From Takakia lepidozioides (lineage: Eukaryota; Plantae; Bryophyta): a stretch of 64,000 nucleotides of DNA. The notes under the pieces were generated by a model, which saw only the letters and a list, made by a program, of their open reading frames with translations, searched no databases and was not told the origin of the DNA. Position 1 is the stretch's first letter. Every line of letters begins with the position of its first letter. The position numbers were made by a program, and so were the translations under genes. Where the stretch lies: contig CM060733.1 in NCBI GenBank assembly GCA_030704615.1, forward strand, positions 57,660,001 through 57,724,000. Direction: 5' to 3'. Shown one piece after another: positions 12,921 through 24,943 of the stretch.

Positions 12921-13619
12921 CTAGGGGGGCGATTGTGTGGACTAGTGACTGCCATAGTGGGCAGCATAGTGGCAGCCTAGTGACTGACTAGTTGTAGCCT
13001 AGTGGTTGGACTAGTGGTTGGACTAGTGGTGGACTAGTGCTATACTAGTGTGTGGTGTGCACATGTGTTGTGTTTTTTTAGACAGCGATGTAGTTGTGTA
13101 GCGATATGTATGCGCACGACAGCTGTCAAGTTATTTTACCACTAGTGTGAAACTAGCTAGGAAATAACTAGCTTTTACATATTGACATTTGGGATTGGCC
13201 CAAGTGTCAATCCAGGGGTCAAGGCAAATTTAGGCCCTGGAGTGGTTATCTTCACGGCAAGCGCGGGAGGCTCATCTTTCTCGAGTTGAGCCTCACCGCG
13301 CCTAGCTATGGCGCCGTAGTGTGGATTCCCCATGGCGTGGGGTGCACTTGGCTTGACTTGTATTTGAGTGATGAAGATATATATGCATGAGTTTATGCTT
13401 CAGCTTTGTGAGCTCGCATGAGCTTGTGCTTGTATTCTTCTTCTTTATCATTGTGTGGGCAGCATAGTGGCAGCCTAGTGACTGACTAGTTGTAGCCTAG
13501 TGGTTGGACTAGTAGCTGGACTAGTGGTGGACTAGTGCTATACTAGTGTGTGGTGTGCACATGTGTTGTGTGGTTTTGGACAGCGATGTAGTTGTGTAGC
13601 GATATGTATGCGCACGACA
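12921..13619 (+). mobile_element. Polypurine tract and 3' LTR of the PHD-Gypsy element
   Basis: AGGGGGG tract at 12923-12929, TG start at 12934, probable ...ACGACA end at 13619. Contains a ~165-bp direct repeat (12957-13121 / 13456-13619) and many ACTAGT motifs. Confidence 0.7.
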
Positions 13620-13669
13620 ACCATCTTGTTGGACCCTAGTACGACACCCTCTATATTTGATGGATTAGG

Positions 13670-14640
13670 CGTTCGGACCCAGGTCCGAAACCCAGTACCA
13701 TCATTCTTAATTTTTTCCATGTACCAAGTCTTTTGATCCTTTCCGAAACCCACCATCGAACGAACCACTGTCACACCGCGGCATACAAAAGACTTTACGA
13801 CCTCACATTAGCCCTTCGAGAACTTGTATTACCTAGGATTCTTGATCGGTGTTGTTGGTCTCGGACCCATGGCCTCTATAGGTTTTTTTGAGACCACATT
13901 TGCACTTTCAGGACATGGATGCATGGAGACATTATCAGGATTGTGGGCTCCGATAACCACATGTTGAGTGAGGCACTATTATATTGTCCTTTTTTGTTAG
14001 GATTTTTTTTAGCACACATAGACACTGTTTGAGCATGGATGTTTGGATACTTAATTAGGATTGTCGGTTTCGGACCCGGGTCCGAAACACACTTCCTGGT
14101 AGAGGCACTTTAAAACCTCAATCGACTTGTGCTTGTAGCTCAATCGGATAGAGCACCAAACTACGGATTTGGGGATTGAGCCTCTATATGGTCAATATGA
14201 GCTCCTACTAGTACTTTGAGAAGATAGACACCCGAATGTATGACCAGGATTGTGTGTTTCGGACCTAGGTCCGAAACCCACCTTTCGTAGCTTGGCACTC
14301 TTAAACTGTTGCCTCTATAAGGTTTTTGTCCGAAACACACCTTTCGTAGCTTGACACTCTTAAACTGTTGCTTCTATTAGGTTTTTGTGAGCTCACACAG
14401 ACACTCTAAGAACATGGATACACATAGACATGACCAAGATCGTGAATTTCGGACCCAGGTCCGAAATCCACCATCCTTAGCGAGGTACTAATACACCGTG
14501 GCCTCTATTATGTATATGTGAGCTCAAATTGATAGTCTGAGAATATGGACACATGTTCCCCTCTCAGAGGATGTTGGGTTTTGGACTTGGGTCCGAAACC
14601 CAGCATCGTGAGAGGTGTACTATTACACCGTGGTCTCTAT
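13670..14640. repeat. Degenerate ~190-bp repeat carrying the palindrome TTTCGGACC(CG/TA/CA)GGTCCGAAA
   Basis: Palindrome copies at ~13672, ~14068, ~14257, ~14447 and ~14580, with partial copies at ~14845 and ~15004; shared flanks (gcctctata, gagctcaca, catggat). Confidence 0.75.
14129..14180 (+). pseudogene. trnR-ACG: 3'-truncated tRNA-Arg(ACG) fragment, organellar-like
   Basis: GTGCTTG TA GCTC AATCGGATA GAGC A CCAAA CTACGGA TTTGG: intact D-arm and anticodon arm with ACG. The T-loop and 3' acceptor strand are missing. Confidence 0.8.
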
Positions 14641-14665
14641 CAGGTCTTTATGAGCTCACATGGGT

Positions 14666-14822
14666 ATGGGACATAGATACATGATCCATACATATATATA
14701 TATATGGATATATGAGGCATGGATACTTGAAACATAGGTACATGAGATATATAACGCATTAATACATGAAATATGGATACATAGCACATGGATACATGAA
14801 ACATGGATACATTGCTTATGGG
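14666..14822. repeat. Low-complexity short repeat (ATGGATACAT-like)
   Basis: Multiple imperfect atggatac/catga units. Confidence 0.6.
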
Positions 14823-15827
14823 TACTAATATTTGGTCTTAGGACGGACCTAGGTCCAAAATATAATTATTTTAGAAGTTTTCTTTAATAAAAAGCTAAAG
14901 TTGTCACTTGAGCCGCTGAAGTGCACAACTTGAGCTTCTGAGTGTTCAACTTCAGGTTTTTTTTAAATTTATTAGAAAAATTAACATTAAAATTTAAAAA
15001 AAAACCTAGGTCCAAAATATAATTCAAACAAAAATAGTTTAACATTTTTCTCTTAACAAGAAGCTGATGTTGTCAACTTAAGCTGCTGAGTGCTCAACTT
15101 CATTATTATTATTATTATTTTAAAATTACTTTAAAGAATGAAAGATGGAGGCCTTTAGAGTTTTATAAATAAAGACATGTTATAAATAAAAAGAAAGCAG
15201 ATCACCAATGGTTGGTGGTGCATTGCGTGAGAACAGAAGTGGGTTATCAGGGAAGGAATGAGGTCATGTGTATAACCTGCTGCTTGACCCCGCCATGTCT
15301 GCCGCTTGCCGGCTCTTGCTCCTTTTCTCTCTCGCTCCTTCCCTGCGGCTCTCCCTCCCAGTACAAAAACAATGAAAAGAGACAGCGATCTGCTGGCGCT
15401 CAAATGAGATGTCTCCGAGTGTGAGGAAGAAGTAACCAGCATAGCTACGACGTGAGCCCAGCCCCGTGAGCCTGGGAGCTGAGCTCACGTTGTAGCTGCA
15501 AAGCGTGAGCGGCACAAATCTGCTGGAGAAGCAAGTCCTATAGGCGAGGATTGCAGGAAGAGGGCCTATTACCGTGGACAAAACAAAGGGGGCCACCATG
15601 CACCATGTCTGCAATGCCTGCACAAAAAGAGGAATATGAAAATATAGCAGATTTGAGCTCAGAATGATTGACACACTTTATTTCAATTCACAGATAGACG
15701 CTTACAATGAATGGCATGTGCATTTGCCCTGGTTCCGCGAACGAAATGTATGTGTTTGTCCTAAATGCAAAGTCTTTACACGGTAACCTGGAAACCAGCA
15801 TGGGAAGCGAGCATGGCTCGTATGTGT

Positions 15828-18800
15828 TCAAAGAGAATTTGGCGGAGCCCTATGTGAGGTGTCCCGCTGCAGAAGGGTGATTACTTCTCCGTAGCCTAGT
15901 GTGGCTTGGTGAATGAATTGGTCTCTCTTACCGTCGCAACACATAATTACAAGGTATGTGTAATATTGATGCTTGCAGGGGACCCACTTCCCTCTTATGC
16001 CGAGAGCGTCCTCACGCATCGTTACAAAATCCGGACAAGTGTAGGTAGGGAAATTCCCCACGGTAACCTGATATTCTTTGCCATGAAGAACTGAGCCAAT
16101 AGATAGCACTGTGTAAATCCGTCCATACCCCGGGGCAGGGACTTCGGTGATACGAGTCACCCGAACCTGCAAAATTCTAGCCGATTCCATCTTGCATTCG
16201 TGATCTGCACCCGAAGCGACACGGCGCACTGTTTTTCCATCTCTTTTTGTTGGGTGGGAGTTGGCACCGGGTGGAGGCATTGCCGGAGCATGTGGCACGT
16301 CTGTGCCGACAATGCATGAGGGCACCACCCGGGACCGTGCAAGACAGAACCCTCCCTCCTCCAGCATGCTTATCTCGGTTGATGATAGCGACGTCCCAAG
16401 TTTCACAGGCCAAATTGCGGGGGGAGGGGGCTTCATTATCACTGAAGGACGAACTGTTCCCTTGACGCATCGTGCCATATCGCCTAGGCAGAACTAGAAC
16501 TTGTGGTCCTTTGACTCCCCACTATGATAAGGTCGGAACAACCCTGTGAATGTTGGAGCTGGAGCCTTTGCATATTTTTTATTTGCATTTCTTGAAAGAG
16601 GGGGTCCGAATTGCCATGCAAGCCACTCTAGATCCTGGTGGGGTGCGTTCTATATGCCACTCACTATCAATGCAATCAGATTCATGCACCATGGCCGCCA
16701 CCTCCTCCAATGGGATTCCTGCTGCTGTGCTTACATGATCTGCACCTGCTCCACTGGAGGAGAACCCACCTGGGAAAGGGCGAGCACACGACTTAGTCTA
16801 CACTGGAGACACCCTTGGTACAGAGAAATTGACCCTGTCCGGCCGATGGGAATCTCTATCCGACCCTGGAGGAGTGTTCAATTTCCTTTTGCATGATCCA
16901 AATCTTTCCTCGCCTTCCAAATGGGGGAGCCTTCAGTGCACCTGTTCAGAGCTCTTGCCATCTTCGATGGGTCTCTGGACCTACTCGCAGCCCTTAGCAT
17001 CAACAAAGTTGTATCAGGGCCCTTGCCTCCGCCCCGTCCCATCAGAAAACTGCGGTACCTGGTTTGTTGTGTAAGTGCCCGCACCATGTCATCAGCAGTG
17101 GCCATATACAACTCACGTCCTGCTTTGGTAGACTGCTACATCCAGGCGTTGTGAACAGTCTCCGCCAAATTACAGGATGGCATGTCGGCCAAGTCCTCCA
17201 AGGACATGTCCTGCAGGAGGCATTGCATAGAAATGTGAGGAACGAAAAGAAATGGAAGAGGTACTGCAAGTGACAATCCAACAACCCCAAATGAACAGGC
17301 ATGATGCAAAGTGAAATTTGTGTTTCTGGGATTGAAGAGGCTTACCGTCGTCACGAAAGCTCCCCACTGTCTGTACATGAAGTGCCAGAAAACCAACCAA
17401 TCCTCCAACTCCTTCAGGTGGATACCAGTAGCAGCACCAGAGGAGAACCACCAAGCCCGGATTGCTTGGTAAGTGCTCTCAGCTTCTCCCATTGAGGTGG
17501 CATTTTTGTACTTGAGGCAGAGCCTTCTGTGCTCCAACTGAAGGTCAGGGCAAATGCAGCGCTTTGTATGACGTGCCAGAGATTGACTCCAATGGAAGAG
17601 GCATGTGCGCTCCCTATTTTCCATTGGGACCTTAGGATCCTCCGAACCAAACACGCGCCGTACTGCATTGAAATTTGCCTGTGCACTATCAGCCATGAAG
17701 CCCGCAAAATTTGTGTTCTATATTCCATTGCGCTGCATGACGGCCAGGAGCGAATTCCACATGAGTATCTGGGATTCAGTGTCCTCCGACTGCATATCAC
17801 AAATTGCTATGGAGAGCACACATTGGTACGCTGGATCGTACACATGGCACGCCATGGTTGTCCAACCCTTCACCCGTTTGCAATGATCAAACATTAACCA
17901 ACATTTTGCCAAATCTCCTCCAGGTTGTATTCGGCGGACAATGCTCACACCACTGCCTTCGCCCACTGTGGACATCTTGAACAAATACACCTTGGACAAG
18001 CCCTGGCCAGTGAAGATACTGTTTTGAATGAATTCATAGCAACTCCTCCGTTTGAGGTCCATAATGTTGTCCATGAATCCAGCAGTGCCTGTGCCCATTC
18101 TGAGTGCATTCACCTGGTTTCGAATATTATGAGAGCTCAACATGGAAAAATGGTCCATCACTGCCTCAAGCGAATCTGCATCCAGCATTGGTTGTGTTGC
18201 ATCCCCTTCACCTAAACTTGTGCCACCTGGTACATACGAGCGTGACACACAAAAACACAAGACGGGGAAAGTTTGCAGAACCTGCACACAAAAGTATTGG
18301 TCTTGGGAGGGGCAAGCCCTGGCCTGAGAAACAGCGCTAAACCAAACGAAAGTCAAGAAATATTCACGCACTTACAATGCCCAACGCAGACCAACCTTCG
18401 AAATTTCAATCCAATGTCGTTTTGGATGTTCGACGTTTTTGTCCTGCACCAAGGGTGTCCGTCATGTTTCTTGTCCATGCCCTGCAGAAGCCCAGCTAGT
18501 CCACTGGAAGACGTGGGAGGGTTGAGCTCAAACAAGATGTCCCCATCAAACTCTGCTGGCACGTATTGAACCCGCTGCACACGAATGGACTCCCAATCAA
18601 CAAAACGCAGCTCGCTCTTGCACCCAGGCACCCTTGCGAGGGCTTTCAATTTCGGAATGACACTCGTTATCTCCTGCAACTCGTCATCATCCAAGAATGG
18701 AGTCTACATTGGCGGAGGAATCTCAGAAACATCCTCCGAGAAGAGTCTGAAAGAGTCACGAATGTAGTGGATGTGCTCACCTCTTGTTTCACATGAACTG

Positions 18801-19305
18801 TGTCATTCTGCTGCACGACCGATGCTGCAGTGCCAGGGGTAACTACTGATCCTGCTGATTGTCTTCTCTCTTTTCCAAGGACCCGGTATGTGCCTGGAAG
18901 GACTCTCCACTTCCTTCCACACTCGCCAACCAATGGTTTCTCCAAGTGCCCAGAATCCAAATTCCCATTATCGTCATACACCTCTATTTGAACAAGCAGA
19001 GAACCCAATTCCAGAGGGAACATTGTAACCAGCTCATCCTCATGAACAACTGCAAACCCATCGTCATCTACAGTGGCAGTCAGTGGAAGACTACCTGCAT
19101 TGGAATGAAATCGAGCGAGTCTATCTCGCTCCCTGGACATGTTTTCGTACACTGACAGAAAGTTGCGATTCACAGAGGAATCCCCAAACTGATAGCCCAT
19201 AATTCTCGAAAGGGGATCCACCCCAAACAAACTTCGGTTAAAAAGGGTAGCACTGACCCAAAGACTGCGGACGATGCATGCAAAGGATGTAGGAATGACA
19301 TGCAC
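15828..19305 (-). pseudogene. Mutator-like transposase copy 1 (GCM-like Zn domain, DDE core, SWIM finger), disrupted
   Basis: LQGMDKKHDGHPWC...CVGHCKC; WLMFDHCK (D), FMADSAQANF (D), TCLFHW (CxxH), SCNLAETVH (E); SWIM FPTYTCPDF...PCKHQY. In-frame stop at 17718-17720, frameshifts, and an intron at ~17215-17345. Colinear with 32783-36317. Confidence 0.82.
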
Positions 19306-20529
19306 CGAACTTCGCAGACAGCCACACTGAGTGACACCAACCAGAAAAACTGTTTTCTAAGACAAGAAGCCACAAGAAGTTGTGCTGTATTTGGATGAAA
19401 AACAAACCCTGAACATGACATAAAATCATCCATTATGGAAAGACGGCAACAACCCTGGAGAGCAGTAAAGAGGAAGACCCCGAATCTAATGAGGTTGTGT
19501 TGTGCCAGAAGAGCACAGCACAAACACTTACACTCCGGGAGACACCGCGCATGAGTGTGTGCAACACATGACCATTGCCGACACAACCCTTTATACCGAA
19601 TGACCCCATTGCGACGGTGACGGCGAAATGCAAACCGCAGGGTAGGCAGTACAACACACGTGGACGCATATGTGAAGCATAACAATTATTGCGAATCTGC
19701 AAGTATTGCTCGAAATTGAACCAGCATTAGATTTCTACGGCACTTCCGAATTTCAAAGAATGCAAGAAGGCTGCCATGTATTGGCAGGCGGCGAAGTACA
19801 TCTGACATATATCACAAGTACATGCCTTGGATCTACTTTTTTTCCACCATTTTATTTATTGGATAATACAAAGATGCCGAAATGGATGAATTCCATTCGC
19901 ACACAATGATGACACCCGCATCCAAATACGGTTAACAATGTTCATTTTTTACTTTGGTTACATGCCATAGCAACGCTTGTTGCAAACGTCAAACTGGAGA
20001 GCTCCAGAGGCAGCGTGGGGAGCCCTTGTTTCCACCGGAGGAGGAAGAGAAGGAAGTCGTTATACTTCACGAGCACTAGGGACAGGAATAGAGCCAGATA
20101 TAGAATGAGGATGGAAAGAGTAGACGAAGAGGAAAACGAGGAAGAAGAGGGCAAAGAGGAAAGTCTGGCGATGGAAGAGCAGGAATCTGGAGAGAAGAAC
20201 AGCAGCCCGCCACTACTTCCAAGAACAGGTGAGGAGGAGACTGAATCCGAGGGAGAGACGGACGCCGAAGATGATATTGATGCTGGCCTCAGGAAGAACC
20301 AGATAGTGGAAAAGAGGCGTAGAGAGTAGTCCGAAGCGCAAAGGGTCTTTTGCGATTGGGGAGTCTTCTCGAGCAGCCAAAAAAAAGGTACAATGTTTGA
20401 CACCGACCTTTGTGCTTCATTGGTCATGTGAACCCCAGTTGTGCTTGTATTTTGATATGAAAACCGCCTATACACGGCATCTTTGGCAGGTTGAATCCCA
20501 GTCAGTGACATGGGGGATGCCATCTTGGA

Positions 20530-21031
20530 TGACCTCAAGGGTCTACCCACTCTCGGCACTAGACTGAAATTTAAACTCAGGGCAGGAAGCCTACCTTTGA
20601 ACAGCAAACAGAAGCAGAGAGGAAAGGGAGAGTGCAATTGCCCGTTGTGTGGGCCATCTGAAGACAGAATTCATTTACTGATACATTGTTTGGGGTTCTC
20701 TCACCAAAGAGACGATCTCTTCAAATTTATCAAGGGAATTGTGCATGTACCCCTGTTTACCAACTTTGAAAGTCTCGAGGCTGAGTGAAAAGCCCAGGCC
20801 CTCCTGAGGCCTAGTTTTTGGGCAAATCACACACAGCAGATTGATGCTTGTGTGAAGGGATTTCTAGAGGATATCTGGAAAACCCGGATTAATTCTATAT
20901 ATGAAGGTAAGTCTTACTACCAACGTCAGCCCCTGACAGTGGTAGGTTCTGTCCCTTTTGTTCCCGCTCAAACTGGGCGCGGGGTCAATGGCAACAAGGC
21001 TACGACAAACAACGTCTTATGAGTACAATCT
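20530..21031 (+). mobile_element. LINE ORF2 C-terminus (CCHC finger) and 3' UTR fragment
   Basis: RLKFKLRAG...CPLCGPSEDRIHLLIHC. The 3' 130 bp is shared with the TSD-flanked copy at 4896-5027. Confidence 0.78.
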
Positions 21032-21975
21032 GTGGCCTAAACACGGAATCGTGGACATGCAAGGTGGTCAGTTTGCCTTGTCAGGAAGGCTGGCAGACGG
21101 TTAGCTTGATTCGGAATTTTTTCCCTTGTGTTTCCCACCCCCTAAACTTGCAGTCCATGGCAGTTTGATGATGCATTGATAGTCTGGCTCGCAAGGGTGC
21201 CCCCATTTGGCCACTGCATTAGAATTTGGCGGGAAGCAGGTTGGCGGGAGCGCAAATTATATCTCCACTTCGCTTCACTTGCCTTTCATTCTATTTGCTC
21301 TTGCTCGCTCTTCATCGCTCTTGTTTCTTTGCAGTGTCTACGTCGTCCCTGTTCACTTCGTTGTTTGGCAAGTCGCCCTTGCATCACACGGTTAGCATGC
21401 GAACGCATTTGCTATGGTCATCGTTGTGGGCCAACTCGCCCCATCATCACACGACTACCATGCGATCCCGCTTCAGGAGAACTGCACACACAGCTCAATG
21501 GCACCGCAACATGGAGCGCCTTCGGAGGGAGCAGGCAATTCAGTATGCTGCAGAGCAGGCAGAAGCACAGCAAATTAGCCGTCATGTGGAAGAGGCTTGT
21601 TTAATTGTGCTTCACTGGCTTGGAACCAGCGGCATTCACCGAAGGGAGGCCGTGCCTCAATTTTTTCTGCCTATCTGCTTGTAGCAAAAGGCTGGACGCC
21701 TGTGGGCATCGGTACCCCTACCTATATGGCTACGCGGCGTGGTACCACGTCACTAAGCTTCCCTGTCCAATTGGGTTCTCCCTGTAGAGGAGTTCTGAGA
21801 GGATGTCAGTCATGAAGTTTGTTGCTGCTCTTGTGTGTGAAGGCATCCTGTAATATTTAATGAGAGTCATTGCGCACACAATGTGCCATGATTCTGAGTA
21901 GTGCATTTGCAGATTGCGGTATAGCAAACGCCGCTCGTTTTTGGGTGCCATGAACTATTCGCTGGGTCTTTTTGT

Positions 21976-24943
21976 CTACACATATTTTGCATCACTGTGA
22001 ATGTGAGCCCCCATTTCTTCTAGATTTCCTCGAGCTACAGCGCCACCACTCCAACCGTTATGAGCATCGATCAGTCTAGCTTGGGTGGCACTACCTTCTG
22101 TGACTTGAGGTGAGATGCTCCTAGCTTGGACCTCGAGATCCTCTGTCTCACCACCGTCATCACTATCCTCGGCTCCGGAGTCGTTGGAGTCACTCGTATT
22201 GTAGCTGGCGACCAACGCCCTACCACCCTCCTCTGGTGGGTTGTGCACGCCATGCTGACTCCCAGCAGAGCTCGGTTCCCCTTCGAGTGGACCCATCTCT
22301 TTGTCATGTATCAATAAGTGTTGGAACTTGGCTTCAACCCTCTGTCTACAGAGGTCTTTCCGGTCATTGAGGTTTGAAGTCAGCGACGCGAACTTAAAGG
22401 GCCTGAGGGATAAACACAACTTATTAATGTATGAGCATAAAACAAACAAATATCAGAAATCGAACAAAATTACTCTCTACTAACTTCGGACTAGGGTCCG
22501 AAATGGTGAATACTAAAAAATTACGCTGAAGTGAGGAATGGTGTACAATGGATGGGGAAGCAAATAGTGAGCTCTTAGGGATATTGCAACAATATATGCA
22601 AATTATGGCCATGAATCTTATGTGGAGATGGCAAGAAAGTGCAGGACCCCCAAAAATATTGACAGCTGCCATTCCAATCGTACAAAACAAAGAGGCAATG
22701 TAAGCAGAAGCGGAGCTTCTTAGCTCTTGAGGATACGTCTTCAAACTCAGCTCAAAATCTGTCATGGCCTCATCTGTACCCCTCAATATGGTCTGAATGG
22801 GTGTGGTTCTTAAGCACCGCGCAATATGCTCCTCTGGTCGCTCAAACTCGGTGGGTGTGACAGGAAACACATAGTCTAAACAGAGGAAAGGGTTGGACAA
22901 TCCAAAGGAACAGAACTTGTAACCCGGCTCCTCCGCACAAGGGAAATATAACCCTTGAACACAAAGAAATCTCTTGGCTCCCTCTCCACTCCTAATGTAG
23001 TATCTGAGATGGGCGAAAGATGTTGGGTTTGACATGAATACAAAGGCAGTGCAATTAATCGGCTTGGATTTAAATGCGTTTAGGATTGTTGAGTAATCCA
23101 TGGTAGACCAGACCACGGAATCGTCCTCCGCAAGAGTGTTCACGAAGACAAGGCTTACGCTTGAAAACTCATCCTTGTGGAGATATAAGAGTTTCGCCTT
23201 GAGGTCACTTGCTTTCTCCTGGACACCCCGCATGAAATAAGCCTTCTTAAAATCTGTCCTCATTGCATTTGTTCTCCCATCATTCTCCTCAATGCTCTTC
23301 TTCAAAGCCTTCACCTCCGTTATAAATGCTCCGGGAATGTCCTTTCGAAGCTTGTTCTTATGTCCCTTGCTAGAGAGATAATCCGACCCAAGCTTCCCTC
23401 GGAGTAAATCAAACTGTACTTTGTCAATCTTGTATTTCTTTTTAACGTCAAGCCACATCTCTCTGGCATAAGGATTGGGATTAATTTTGGTTCTTAAAGG
23501 AAATCCGAAGACTGTCATGATGTCGTCGATCACAAACCTCCTGTCCTTCATATGCGCCATATAACTCACTATGCTCTGGATTGAAGGGTCTTTATCTTTG
23601 TATGGACATTTGACGTACAGCTGACAACTGAGGATCTTCTCGGCCAGCTTGAGAAGTTGCCGCTCGGAGAGCCCCTGAATATTCCTCAACTGACTCCAGT
23701 TAAGTGGTGTTTGTTCACCTTTGCAAGGTTTACCATGTTGGTAAATTAGGTGACCAGCCTCCCATTTTTTGAAAACCGCTTGCCACTTGTTCCAAACGTT
23801 TTCTGTGGCTAGAATAAGAACCATAGCTTCCTTCACACTCGACGACTCCAAGATAATGTGGACAACTTGCATAAATTCCTATAAGATGCACTTATGTATT
23901 AGTACTCGTTTCAGCCAAGCTAATGACCAAATCAGCATGAGACATAAAAAATATATGTAGGTCAAGCTCTGGGATCCTACCAGCCATTGAGTGGTCTCTT
24001 CTTTTGAGTTACGCTCATTATGTTTTGCTGGCCAGCCCTGTAGCTCGTAAAAAAGCCGGCAATGTGCGACCTTCTCAGGAAATGTAATGTCAAATTTCTG
24101 GGCCTTGTTTGGATCGTTTAGAAATTTTGAAATCTTCATAAAGCGAAGCGCGTTATCTGACCAAAAGATCTTGGCCAGCCAATTGTTGTAATAGTTCTTC
24201 AGCTCCACGTTGTCCACCTCCAAGATTAGCTCCTGCAACCAACTCAAATATGAGGAAGCAATGGACTTCGAAACAGGGTCCGAAGAGGTACTACTGTAGA
24301 TTTGATTTAGCTACAACAATAGCAATGACATATTCAAGCGTGGGACTGCATGAATTGGTACCTTCGCAGCAATTATGGTGTGTTGCCCACCAATAACAAA
24401 GAATTTGGCATCCTTCACTTCATCCCACCTCTTTGACTTTTCCGGCCAAACTAGACTATCGTCATTGGGATGCATTGGTGTTACATAGACATGGTGTTTT
24501 GAATCAAGGACCCGGAGCTTTAAAAGCCTAGCTTTGATCTCATCCTTTTGTTTGTCATTCAGGGGCCTGTAGACCATATGTCGGGGTGCTTGCTCCATAC
24601 TCAAAATAGGAATGGAATGGGTCTCTTCAAACCCAAAGGGAAATAAGTCCCCATATATTTCTGAGAGCTCCTTCTCCATTGCCTCACATTTAGCTTTGCC
24701 ATATATCTCCCCAGTTTTCGGTTTCTTGTCACTTGAGAACACTGGGTCAAGTGGGGGCTTAGAGTTTCTCTTCGGCTTCGGAGTTGGAGTGATTTCAGGG
24801 TCTCCATCCTCTTGAGGTGTAGTGTCAGCAGGGGTCTTACGTTTTTTCGGCTTTCTCTTCTTTTGAGCCTGTTCTGTCTCCCTCTCGGCCTCAAGCTCTT
24901 GTCTTTTTCTCTTGTTTTCCTTTCCTACCTTGAAGAGGACCAC
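21976..24943 (-). pseudogene. ParB/Srx-like domain (IGGQHT) followed by a degenerate methyltransferase-like C-terminus; multi-exon
   Basis: Basic KKRKPKKRK stretch; IPILSMEQAPRHMVYRPLN...KFFVIGGQHTIIAAK. Later VSLVFVNT and YPQELRSS...LFCTIGMAAVNIFGG fall in the order of beta-class MTase motifs IV and X-I but lack the canonical residues. Confidence 0.55.

Noticed and set aside
19942-20500. Acidic and Ser-rich ORFs on both strands
   Set aside because: Low-complexity purine-rich sequence with no assignable domain.
24311-24500. DndB/DGQHR phosphorothioation system
   Set aside because: Only a GGQHT motif resemblance; no other dnd genes. Treated as a generic ParB-like fold.
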